A DNA stretch of 64,000 nt from Geminicoccaceae bacterium (lineage in GTDB: Bacteria > Pseudomonadota > Alphaproteobacteria > Geminicoccales > Geminicoccaceae): positions 19,776 through 83,775 of the forward strand of contig JAGRGG010000020.1 of assembly GCA_020445645.1 (NCBI GenBank), read 5' to 3'. Below are positions 7,899 to 18,513 of this stretch, in pieces. The notes under the pieces were generated by a model, which worked only from the letters and a program-made list of their open reading frames with translations, ran no database searches and was not told the origin of the DNA. Made by a program: the position numbers and the translations under genes. Every line of letters starts with the position of its first letter. Within the stretch, counting starts at the first letter, position 1.

Positions 7899-10780
7899 GC
7901 ACGGTAAGGCCCGAAGGGCGGCTTGGCGACGGCTTCGGCCTCCTCATCGACCGGGAGGGAAGCCTCGCCTTCACCTTCGACGGCAAACCCGTCGCGGCGC
8001 ACCCGGGCGACGTGATCGCGTCGGCGCTCTACGCCGGCGGGCGTCGGGTCATCGGCCGCAGCTTCAAGTACCACCGCCCGCGCGGCGTCGCGTCGATGGC
8101 GGGGCACGAGGCGAACGCGCTCGTCCAGGTGGGGCACGAGCCAAACGTCCCGGCCGACCTGACGCCCGTCAAGGCCGGGATCGAGGTGCGCGGCATCAAC
8201 GTCACGGGCTCGCTCGACCGCGACCTGATGGCCGGGCTCGGCCACATGGGCCGCTTCCTGCCCGCCGGGTTCTACTACCGCAGCTTCTTCCGCCCCAAGG
8301 GGGCGTGGAAGAAGTGGGAGCCGATCATCCGCCGCATGGCGGGGCTCGGCACGATCGCCCAAAGCGCGCCGCACGGCGATTTCGACAAGCGCTACGGCTT
8401 TCATGACGTGGCCATCGTCGGCGGCGGGCCGGCCGGGATGACGGCGGCGCTCGCGGCGGCGGCGGGGGGCGCCTCGGTCCTCCTGGTGGACGAGATGCCG
8501 GCCTTGGGGGGCAGCCTCCTGTACGCCCGTACCGACGAAGGGGGCGCGGCCGGACGGCGGCGCGCGGACGACCTCAAGGGTCGGATCGGGGCCGAGCCCC
8601 GGATCACCGTGATGACGGGGGCGGTCGCCACCGGCCTGTTCACCGACGGCTGGCTCAGCGTCGCGCAGGGCAGCCGCCTGCACAAGGTCCGGGCGAAGCG
8701 GGTCGTCGTCGCCACGGGCGCGATCGAGCAGCCGGCCGTGTTCCGCAACAACGACCTGCCGGGGATCATGCTGGTCTCGGGTGGGCAGCGGCTCATGCGC
8801 CTCTACGGCGTGGCGCCCGGCACCAACGCCGTCATCCTCACCTGCAACGAGGACGGCTACGGCTACGCGCTCGACTGCCTGGATGCCGGGGTCGCGGTCG
8901 CGGCGGTGCTCGACCTGCGCCCCGACCCGGACGGACCCCTACGCCGGGCGGCGCTGGCGCGGGGCGTGCGCTGCCTCAAGGACACGGGCATCGGCGAGGC
9001 GAAGGGCGGGCGGACGGTCGAGGCGGTCGTGACGGCGCCCGCCAACGGCGCAGGCTCCGCCGAGACGATCGCCTGCGACCACGTCGCGGTCGCGGTCGGC
9101 TACACCCCGAACGGGGCGCTCCTCTTCCACGCCGGCGCCTTCTGCCGCTACGACGAGGAGCAGTTCTGGAACCGGATCGAGGACCTTCCGGCGGGGGTCG
9201 GGGCGGCGGGCGCCGTCGCCTGCCTCTGGGACGAAAAGCGCGTCTCGGACCACGCGGGGGATGCGGGCGGGGCGGCGGCCAGGGGCGAGTCCTCGCCCGC
9301 GGCCGCCCCCGACCCTGCCGCGGGCGGCCTCAACCACCCGCACCCGGTCTTCCCCCACCCGCAGGGCAAGGCGTTCGTCGACCTCGACGAGGATCTCACG
9401 ATCGACGACATCCTCACGGGGCTGAAGGACGGCTTCACCGACATCCAGCTCCTCAAGCGCTACACGACGCTCGGCATGGGGCCGAGCCAGGGGCGGCACT
9501 CGGCCGTGAACGGCGTGCGCATCGCGGCGCGCGCCACCGGCCGTGGCGAGGCCTCGGTCGGCAGCACCACCAACCGCCCGCCCTACCGCTCGGAGAAGCT
9601 GGGCCTGCTCGCCGGGCAGTCGTTCGAGCCCGTGCGCCACACGGCGATGCACCGGCGCCACGTCGAGGCGGGGGCGAGGATGATGCCCGCCGGTCTCTGG
9701 CTGCGCCCGGCGCACTACGGCCGGAACGGCGACGCCGAGGCCGCGATCGCCGCCGAGGTGAAGGCGGTGCGCGAGGGGGTCGGGCTGATCGACGTGTCGA
9801 CGCTGGGCGGGCTTGAAGTCCGCGGCCCGGACGCCGCCGAGTTCGTCGACCGGATGTACACCTGGGCCTACGCGAAGCAGAAGGTCGGCCGCTGCCGCTA
9901 CCTCCTGATGACCGACGAGGCCGGGGTCGTCATCGACGACGGGGTCGCCGTCCGCCTGCACGAGGAGCACTACTACCTCACCGCGACGACGGGCGGGGTG
10001 GACGGGGTCTACCGCGAGATGCTGCGGGAGAACGCTTCCTGGGGCCTCGCCGTCGACATCGCCAACGTCACCGCCGCCTACGCCGCCGTCAACCTCGCAG
10101 GCCCGAAGAGCCGGGAAGTTCTGGCGACGCTCGTAAACGACATCGACCTTTCCAACGTGGCCTTTCCCTACATGGAGGCGCGCGAGGGGCACGTCGCCGG
10201 CATCCCGGCCCGGCTGATGCGGGTGGGGTTCGTCGGCGAGCTGGGCTACGAGATCCACGTCCCATCCTTGCAGGGGGAGGCCCTTTGGGATGCGATCGCG
10301 GAGGCGGGCCGAGGCCACGGCATCCGGCCGTTCGGGGTCGAGGCGCAGCGCGTGCTCCGGCTGGAGAAGGGCCACATCATCGTTGGCCAGGACACGGACG
10401 GGCTCACCACCCCGCACGAGGCGGCGATGGGCTGGGCGCTGGCGAAGAAGAAGCCCTTCTACGTCGGCAAGAAGGCGGTCGACATCCAGGGCGCCAAGCC
10501 GCAGGAGCGCCGCCTCGTCGGCTTCACCCTGAAGGACCAGGACGCGCCCTGTCCCAAGGAATGCCACCTCGTCATCGAGGGGGACAGGATCGCGGGGCGC
10601 GTCACCTCGGCGGTGCGCTCGCCGAACCTGGGCCGGGTCGTCGGCCTCGCCTACGTGCCGCCGGAGAAGGCGGAGGCCGGCAGCGACTTTCAGATCCGGA
10701 TCGAGGGCGGACGGATGGTCGAGGCGGAGACCGTGCCGATCCCGTTCTACGACCCCGACAACCGGCGCCAGGAGGTCTGA
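7895..10780 (+). CDS. soxA: Sarcosine oxidase alpha-subunit family protein with C-terminal GcvT/THF-binding domain (MgdC-like)
   Basis: 961 aa. Blocks seen: FTFDGKPVAAHPGDVIASAL, VAIVGGGPAGMTAAL, C-terminal GFVGELGYEIHVP aminomethyltransferase fold. Confidence 0.9.
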   Translation: MSTVRPEGRLGDGFGLLIDREGSLAFTFDGKPVAAHPGDVIASALYAGGRRVIGRSFKYHRPRGVASMAGHEANALVQVGHEPNVPADLTPVKAGIEVRGINVTGSLDRDLMAGLGHMGRFLPAGFYYRSFFRPKGAWKKWEPIIRRMAGLGTIAQSAPHGDFDKRYGFHDVAIVGGGPAGMTAALAAAAGGASVLLVDEMPALGGSLLYARTDEGGAAGRRRADDLKGRIGAEPRITVMTGAVATGLFTDGWLSVAQGSRLHKVRAKRVVVATGAIEQPAVFRNNDLPGIMLVSGGQRLMRLYGVAPGTNAVILTCNEDGYGYALDCLDAGVAVAAVLDLRPDPDGPLRRAALARGVRCLKDTGIGEAKGGRTVEAVVTAPANGAGSAETIACDHVAVAVGYTPNGALLFHAGAFCRYDEEQFWNRIEDLPAGVGAAGAVACLWDEKRVSDHAGDAGGAAARGESSPAAAPDPAAGGLNHPHPVFPHPQGKAFVDLDEDLTIDDILTGLKDGFTDIQLLKRYTTLGMGPSQGRHSAVNGVRIAARATGRGEASVGSTTNRPPYRSEKLGLLAGQSFEPVRHTAMHRRHVEAGARMMPAGLWLRPAHYGRNGDAEAAIAAEVKAVREGVGLIDVSTLGGLEVRGPDAAEFVDRMYTWAYAKQKVGRCRYLLMTDEAGVVIDDGVAVRLHEEHYYLTATTGGVDGVYREMLRENASWGLAVDIANVTAAYAAVNLAGPKSREVLATLVNDIDLSNVAFPYMEAREGHVAGIPARLMRVGFVGELGYEIHVPSLQGEALWDAIAEAGRGHGIRPFGVEAQRVLRLEKGHIIVGQDTDGLTTPHEAAMGWALAKKKPFYVGKKAVDIQGAKPQERRLVGFTLKDQDAPCPKECHLVIEGDRIAGRVTSAVRSPNLGRVVGLAYVPPEKAEAGSDFQIRIEGGRMVEAETVPIPFYDPDNRRQEV

Positions 10781-10784
10781 GCCA

Positions 10785-11528
10785 ATGGAGCAGGTGCGCC
10801 CCCAATCCTTCGCCCGCCGCAGCCCGATCCACCACGCCCTGCAGGCGGAGGGGGCCGTCTTCGCCCCCCTTCCCGGCGGCGACGCCGCCGTCGCCGCCCA
10901 TTACGACGATCCCGCGGCCGAGCGCGCCGCCGCGGGGCGCCTCGCCCTCGCCGACCTCTCGCCCCTGCCGCGCATGGGGCTGAAAGGCAGGGACACGTTC
11001 GACTGGCTGCGCGCCGAGGGCGCTTCCTTCGAGCCCGTCCCCAACCGCGCCTTCGCCCAGGACGGGGGCGGGCTGCTCGCCCTCCTGTCGATGGGCGAGG
11101 CGCTGGCGCTCGCCGGCCCCGACGGCGCCTCCCCCCTCGTCGCGGCGATGGCGGCGCTGCCGGCCGCGACGCCGGGACGCCTCGCCTACCCCCTCCCCCG
11201 CGGCGACAGCCACTACGCCTTCGCGCTCGCGGGCCCGCTCTGGCCCGAGGTGCTGGCGACGCTTTGCGGCGTCGACCTCCGCCCCGCCGCCTTCGCGTCC
11301 GGCGCCGTCGCCCAGACCTCGCTCGCCCGCTCGAACGCGATCCTCGTCCGCCACCCCGGCGACGACGACAAGCCGCTGTTTTCCCTGCTGGGCGACAGCG
11401 CGTCGGCGGACTATATATGGTCCTGCCTGCGGCGGGCGATGGCGCCCCACGCCGGCCGTCTCGTCGGCACCGAGGCGCTGACGGGGGACGGCGGAAGCGG
11501 GACCGGCCTTGGCAAGAACGCGCACTGA
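10785..11528 (+). CDS. soxG: Sarcosine oxidase gamma-subunit family protein (MgdD-like)
   Basis: 247 aa. RRSPIHHAL... N-terminus and the position after soxA. Confidence 0.8.
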   Translation: MEQVRPQSFARRSPIHHALQAEGAVFAPLPGGDAAVAAHYDDPAAERAAAGRLALADLSPLPRMGLKGRDTFDWLRAEGASFEPVPNRAFAQDGGGLLALLSMGEALALAGPDGASPLVAAMAALPAATPGRLAYPLPRGDSHYAFALAGPLWPEVLATLCGVDLRPAAFASGAVAQTSLARSNAILVRHPGDDDKPLFSLLGDSASADYIWSCLRRAMAPHAGRLVGTEALTGDGGSGTGLGKNAH

Positions 11529-12138
11529 CCTGATCGACCAGGACCCCCACGGCGGCGGCTCGCGCCACGCCACGTTGGAATACGTCATCGGCCGGCGGGT
11601 GCGCGAGTTGCGCGGGCGACTCAACCTCACGCTGGCCGAACTCGCCTCGGCGGCCGACCTGTCGCCGGGGATGCTCTCCAAGATCGAGAACGGCGGCACC
11701 TCGCCCTCGCTCGCCACCCTCCAGCGCCTTGCCGACGCGCTCGCCGTGCCGGTGACGGCCCTGTTCCGCGGCTACGGCGAGCAGAGCGACGCGATCCACG
11801 TCAAGGCGGGCCAGGGCCTCAAGATCGAGCGCCGCGGCACCCGCGCCGGCCACCAGTACCAGCTCCTCGGCCACACGGTCGAAGGCCCCGTCGTCGTCGA
11901 GCCCTACCTCATCACGCTCTCCGCCGAGTCCGACGTCTTCCCGACCTTCCAGCACGAGGGGCGCGAACTCCTCTACATCCTGGAGGGCATCGTCCTCTAC
12001 CGCCACGGCGACCGCACCTTCAGGCTGGAGCCGGGCGACAGCCTGCTCTTCGACAGCCTCGCCCCGCACGGGCCGGAGGTGCTGATCGACCTGCCGATCC
12101 GCTTCATCTGCGTCATCAGCTACGCGCGCAACGCCTAG
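11509..12138 (+). CDS. XRE-family HTH transcriptional regulator with C-terminal cupin domain
   Basis: HTH LTLAELASAADLSPGMLSKIENGGTSPSLATLQRLADAL, then a cupin fold (ELLYILEGIVLYRHGDRTFRLEPGDSLLFDS). The TTG start at 11509 overlaps soxG by 20 nt, and the start is uncertain. Confidence 0.8.
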   Translation: MARTRTDLIDQDPHGGGSRHATLEYVIGRRVRELRGRLNLTLAELASAADLSPGMLSKIENGGTSPSLATLQRLADALAVPVTALFRGYGEQSDAIHVKAGQGLKIERRGTRAGHQYQLLGHTVEGPVVVEPYLITLSAESDVFPTFQHEGRELLYILEGIVLYRHGDRTFRLEPGDSLLFDSLAPHGPEVLIDLPIRFICVISYARNA

Positions 12139-12248
12139 CCCTTCGCCCGCGGCCGGACTTTTGCGAAAACTGGAAATTTCTTCTGGTGAAAGATTTTTTC
12201 ATGGTGTAGGGTGCGGCGATCGTTGGTCGAGCGTCGGGAGGCGACACC

Positions 12249-13160
12249 ATGTGCGGCATTGCGGGGTTATACCTCAAGAACGAGCGGCTGCGGCCGCGCC
12301 TGGGCGAACTGTTCACGCCGATCCTGGTCGAGCTGACCGACCGCGGCCCCGATTCGGCCGGGATCGCCGTCTACCGCGACCCCGTGGCCGAGAACGCGGT
12401 CAAGCTCACCGTCCACCACGCCGACCAGGGCTTCGCCTGGGACGGCCTCGTCCGCCACCTGAAGGAAGGACTCGGGGTCGAAGTCGCCGACCATCCGCAC
12501 GACACCCACCACGTCCTCGTTCTCGACGGCAAGGTCGACGCCGACGCGGCGGCGGCCCTCGTCGAGGCCTACGACCCCGGCCTTCAGGTGATGAGCGCCG
12601 GGCACGTCATCGAGATCTACAAGGAGATGGGGCTGCCGGCCGAGGTCGCGCGCCGCTTCGACGCGAAGGGCATGGCGGGGACGCACGCCGTCGGCCACAC
12701 CCGGATGGCGACCGAGAGCGCGGTGACGACGGCGGGCTCGCACCCGTTCTCGACCGGGCTCGACCTCTGCCTCGTCCACAACGGCTCCCTTTCCAACCAC
12801 AACGGCCTGCGCGAGAAGCTGAAGCGCAACGGCGTCCCCCCCTTTCGCACCGACAACGACACCGAGGTCGCGGCCGCCTACCTCGCGTGGCGGATGAAGG
12901 AAGGGCGCACGCTGCACGAGGCGCTCCAGGACGGGCTGAACGACCTCGATGGCTTCTACACCTTCGTCGCCGGCACGGCCGACGGCTTCGCGGTCATGCG
13001 CGACCCGATCGCCTGCAAGCCGGCCGTGCTGGCCGAGACCGACGACTACGTGGCCTTCGGGTCGGAGTACCGGGCGCTGGTCAGGCTGCCGGGCATCGAG
13101 CACGCGAAGGTGTGGGAGCCCGAGCCCGCCGTCGTCTACAGCTGGGGGGGGCGGGCGTGA
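12249..13160 (+). CDS. mgsA: N-methylglutamate synthase subunit A (class-II glutamine amidotransferase, GltB N-domain-like)
   Basis: MCGIAG Ntn-Cys N-terminus and HTRMATES. Followed by the GXGXG and FMN subunit genes. Confidence 0.85.
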   Translation: MCGIAGLYLKNERLRPRLGELFTPILVELTDRGPDSAGIAVYRDPVAENAVKLTVHHADQGFAWDGLVRHLKEGLGVEVADHPHDTHHVLVLDGKVDADAAAALVEAYDPGLQVMSAGHVIEIYKEMGLPAEVARRFDAKGMAGTHAVGHTRMATESAVTTAGSHPFSTGLDLCLVHNGSLSNHNGLREKLKRNGVPPFRTDNDTEVAAAYLAWRMKEGRTLHEALQDGLNDLDGFYTFVAGTADGFAVMRDPIACKPAVLAETDDYVAFGSEYRALVRLPGIEHAKVWEPEPAVVYSWGGRA

Positions 13161-13867
13161 TGGCGACCCCCTCGACGGCAACCCCCGAGAACATCGTCAG
13201 CCTCGACCTCGCCGACCAGTCCCTGCGCGAGGTCAACGGTGCCCTCCAGGAGGCGCGCGCCGGCTACTACCGGGTACGGAACCCGAGGGGCGTCCACGCG
13301 CTCGCCTGCGGCCTCGACGGCCCGATCGAGGTCGAGATCGACGGCCACGCCGGGTACTACCTCGCCGGCATGAACAAGGAGGCCCGCGTCACGGTCCAGG
13401 GCAGCGCCGGGGTCGGCGTCGCCGAGAACATGATGTCGGGCGAGGTCTGGGTGCAGGGCGACGCCAGCCAGTCGGCCGGCGCCACGGCGCACGGCGGGCT
13501 GCTCGTCGTCGAGGGCAACGCCTCGGCCCGCTGCGGCATCTCGCTGAAAGGAGCCGACATCGTCGTCAAGGGCAGCGTCGGCCACATGAGCTGCTTCATG
13601 GCGCAGGCGGGGCGGCTCGTCGTCCTGGGCGACGCCGGCGACAGCCTCGGCGACTCGCTCTACGAGGCCCGGCTCTACGTCCGCGGCAACGTCAAGAGCC
13701 TCGGCGCCGACTGCGTCGAGAAGCCGATGCGCGACGAGCACCTGAAGGAGCTGGACGAGCTCCTGGCCCGCGCTCGCTGCGAGGGGGTGAGCGCTTCCGA
13801 GTTCCGCCGCTACGGCTCGGCGAGATCCCTCTACAACTTCAAGACCGACAACATCGGCTTCTACTAG
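13160..13867 (+). CDS. mgsB: N-methylglutamate synthase subunit B (GXGXG-motif, GltB C-terminal-domain-like)
   Basis: Repeated beta-helix GxxGxxG blocks (VQGSAGVGVAENMMSGEVWVQGDASQSAGATAHGGLLVVEGNAS...). The ATG overlaps the mgsA stop. Confidence 0.85.
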   Translation: MATPSTATPENIVSLDLADQSLREVNGALQEARAGYYRVRNPRGVHALACGLDGPIEVEIDGHAGYYLAGMNKEARVTVQGSAGVGVAENMMSGEVWVQGDASQSAGATAHGGLLVVEGNASARCGISLKGADIVVKGSVGHMSCFMAQAGRLVVLGDAGDSLGDSLYEARLYVRGNVKSLGADCVEKPMRDEHLKELDELLARARCEGVSASEFRRYGSARSLYNFKTDNIGFY

Positions 13868-13880
13868 GGGCGCGCCCGTC

Positions 13881-15227
13881 ATGAGCGATCAGAGCAACGA
13901 CCGGATCATCGACCAGACCTGGGGCCAGCGCCTCTCGCACAGCTTCGACCCCTACTCGATCCACGAGATCCGCCGCGCGGCGGCGACCGGCCTCTACCGC
14001 ATCCGGGGCTACGGGGCAAAGCGCGTCCTGCCGACCTTCGACGACCTCGTGTTCTTGGGCGCCAGCATCTCGCGCTACCCCTTGGAGGGCTACCGCGAGG
14101 CCTGCGACACCAGCGTGACGCTGGGCACGCGCTTCGCCAAGAAGCCGATCGAGCTGAAGATCCCGATTACGATCGCCGGGATGAGCTTCGGCTCGCTCTC
14201 GGCCAACGCCAAGGAATCGCTGGGGCGCGGCGCCACCGAGGTCGGCACGTCCACGACGACGGGCGACGGCGGGATGACCCAGGAAGAGCGGGGGCATTCC
14301 AAGACCCTCGTCTACCAGTACCTCCCGTCCCGCTACGGCATGAACCCGGACGACCTGCGCCGCGCCGACGCGATCGAGGTCGTCGTGGGCCAGGGTGCGA
14401 AGCCGGGCGGCGGCGGGATGCTCCTGGGGCAGAAGATCACCGAGCGCGTCGCCAAGATGCGCACCCTGCCGCAGGGCATCGACCAGCGTTCGGCCTGCCG
14501 GCACCCCGACTGGACCGGCCCCGACGACCTCGCCATCAAGATCCAGGAGCTGCGCGAGATCACGGCCTGGGAGAAGCCGATCTACATCAAGATCGGCGCC
14601 GCCCGGCCCTACTACGACACCCTCCTTGCCGTGAAGGCCGGGGCCGACGTGGTCGTGGTCGACGGGATGCAGGGGGCCACGGCGGCGACGCAGGAGTGCT
14701 TCATCGAGCACGTCGGCATCCCGACGCTCGCCGCCGTCAAGGAGGCGGTGCGGGCGCTCAAGGGGATCGACATGCACCGCCGGGTGCAGCTCATCGTCTC
14801 CGGCGGCATCCGCTCCGGCGCCGACGTGGCGAAGGCCCTGGCGATGGGCGCCGACGCGGTGGCGATCGGCACGGCCGCCCTCGTCGCCCTCGGCGACCAG
14901 GACCCGGCGCTCGAGGCCGAGTACGAGAAGCTGGGCACCCGCGCCGGCGCCTACGAGGACTGGCAGGCGGGCGACGACCCCGCCGGGATCACCACCCAGC
15001 GCCCGGAGCTGATGGCCAGGCTCGACCCCGAGAAGGCCGGCCGGCGGCTCGCCAACTACCTGCGCGTCCTCACCCTGGAGCTGCAGACGCTGGCCCGCGC
15101 CAACGGCAAGTCGCACGTCCACAACCTGGAGCCCGCGGACCTGCGGGCGCTCACGATCGAGGCGGCGGCGATGGCGGGCGTACCGCTCGCCGGCACCGAC
15201 TGGGTGCCGGGGCAGGGCGGGTTCTAA
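13881..15227 (+). CDS. mgsC: N-methylglutamate synthase subunit C (FMN-binding glutamate-synthase-family domain)
   Basis: 448 aa. Blocks seen: IAGMSFGSLS, VVVGQGAKPGGGGML, IVSGGIRSGADVAKALAMGADAV. Confidence 0.9.
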   Translation: MSDQSNDRIIDQTWGQRLSHSFDPYSIHEIRRAAATGLYRIRGYGAKRVLPTFDDLVFLGASISRYPLEGYREACDTSVTLGTRFAKKPIELKIPITIAGMSFGSLSANAKESLGRGATEVGTSTTTGDGGMTQEERGHSKTLVYQYLPSRYGMNPDDLRRADAIEVVVGQGAKPGGGGMLLGQKITERVAKMRTLPQGIDQRSACRHPDWTGPDDLAIKIQELREITAWEKPIYIKIGAARPYYDTLLAVKAGADVVVVDGMQGATAATQECFIEHVGIPTLAAVKEAVRALKGIDMHRRVQLIVSGGIRSGADVAKALAMGADAVAIGTAALVALGDQDPALEAEYEKLGTRAGAYEDWQAGDDPAGITTQRPELMARLDPEKAGRRLANYLRVLTLELQTLARANGKSHVHNLEPADLRALTIEAAAMAGVPLAGTDWVPGQGGF

Positions 15228-15299
15228 ATGGCGATCGGCCGGGCGGAAGCCCGGCCGTTGCCGTTGAAGAAGAGAAGAAGAAACAGCGGGAGCACGCGC

Positions 15300-16604
15300 G
15301 TGACGACGGATCTGGAAGCCGTAGCGAAGAAGCAGGGCATCAAGTACTTTCTCATCTGCTTCTCCGACATCTGCGGGGTGCAGCGATCAAAGCTGGTGCC
15401 GGCGTCGGCGATCGCCGGGATGCAGGAGGACGGGGCCGGCTTCGCCGGCTTTGCCACCTATCTCGACATGACGCCCGCCCACCCCGACGTGTTCGCCATC
15501 CCCGACCCCGAGAGCCTCATCCAGCTGCCGTGGAAGCCGGAGGTGGGCTGGGTCGCGGCCGACCCGCACATGTACGGCCGCCCCGTCGAGCACGCGCCGC
15601 GCGTCGTCCTGAAGCGGGCGATGGCCAAGGCCCGCGACATGGGCTTTGCCTTCAAGTCCGGCGTCGAGCCCGAGTGCTTCTTCATCACCCCGGACGGCAA
15701 CGCGATCGCCGACCCCGCCGACACCCGCGCCAAGCCCTGCTACGACCAGCAGGCGCTGATGCGCCACTTCGACGTGGTCGCCGAGATCAGCGGGAGCATG
15801 GAAAGCCTCGGCTGGGGGGCCTACCAGAACGACCACGAGGACGCGAACGGCCAGTTCGAGATGAACTGGAACTACGACGACGGGCTCAAGACCGCCGACC
15901 GCCACACCTTCTTCAAGTTTCTGGCGAAGTCCGCCGCCGAACGGCACGGGCTGCGCGTCACCTTCATGCCCAAGCCCTTTATCAACCTCACCGGCAACGG
16001 CTGCCACGTCCACCTGTCGCTCTGGGACCTACAGAGCGGCAAGAACCGGATGACGGGCGACGGCCCCCTGGGCCTGTCCCAGGAGGCGCTGCACTTCGCG
16101 GGCGGGCTCATCGCGCACGCCGGCGACGTCGCGGCCGTCACCAACCCCACCGTCAACAGCTACAAGCGCATCAACGCGCCGCGCACCACCTCGGGCTCTA
16201 CCTGGGCACCGAACAGCGTGACCTGGGCCGGCAACAACCGCACCCACATGATCCGCGTGCCGGGCGCCGGGCGGATCGAGACCCGCCTGCCCGACGCCGC
16301 CGCCGACCCCTACCTCCTCCAGGCCTCGACCCTTCTGAGCGGCCTCGACGGCATCGACAACCGCATCGACCCCGGCGAGCCGCTCGACATCGACATGTAC
16401 GCCGAGGGCTACAAGGTGAAGGACGCGAAGAAGCTGCCGCTCAACCTGCTCGACGCCATCCGCGCCTTCGAGAACAGCAAGACCGTGCGCCGCCTCTTCG
16501 GCGAGGAGTTCGTGCGCGGCTACGCCAAGATCAAGACGAACGAGTGGAACGCCTACGCCGCCCATCTCTCCAACTGGGAGCGGCAGCACACGCTGGACTG
16601 CTGA
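15300..16604 (+). CDS. gmaS: Gamma-glutamylmethylamide synthetase (type III glutamine synthetase family)
   Basis: KQGIKYFLICFSDICGVQRSKLVP..., GAGFAGFATYLDMTPAHPD, and the GS catalytic domain. GTG 15300 has a GGGAG RBS 7 nt upstream and gives a typical GmaS N-terminus. The ORF-track ATG at 15228 would add 24 basic residues. Confidence 0.85.
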   Translation: MTTDLEAVAKKQGIKYFLICFSDICGVQRSKLVPASAIAGMQEDGAGFAGFATYLDMTPAHPDVFAIPDPESLIQLPWKPEVGWVAADPHMYGRPVEHAPRVVLKRAMAKARDMGFAFKSGVEPECFFITPDGNAIADPADTRAKPCYDQQALMRHFDVVAEISGSMESLGWGAYQNDHEDANGQFEMNWNYDDGLKTADRHTFFKFLAKSAAERHGLRVTFMPKPFINLTGNGCHVHLSLWDLQSGKNRMTGDGPLGLSQEALHFAGGLIAHAGDVAAVTNPTVNSYKRINAPRTTSGSTWAPNSVTWAGNNRTHMIRVPGAGRIETRLPDAAADPYLLQASTLLSGLDGIDNRIDPGEPLDIDMYAEGYKVKDAKKLPLNLLDAIRAFENSKTVRRLFGEEFVRGYAKIKTNEWNAYAAHLSNWERQHTLDC

Positions 16605-16735
16605 GGGCCGCGCCTTTCGGGCCACCGCCCGCCCCCCCGGAGCCCTTTCGAGCCCCGTCCGAGGAAGGTTGACGGCCGGCGCTCGCGGGCATACGCCACC
16701 CACGACCGGCGACGGACGAACGGGGGGCCGAAGGG

Positions 16736-18478
<1,743 letters not shown>

Positions 18479-18513
18479 GCGAGGCGGCCCCGGACGGTGC
18501 CGGCTCGGGCGGA

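Noticed and set aside
15228-15299. ATG 15228 as the gmaS start, directly abutting the mgsC stop.
   Set aside because: It would add a 24-aa basic, non-conserved extension and would translate through a perfect GC hairpin. GTG 15300 has a proper GGGAG RBS and gives the canonical N-terminus. I kept ATG 15228 only as an alternative.
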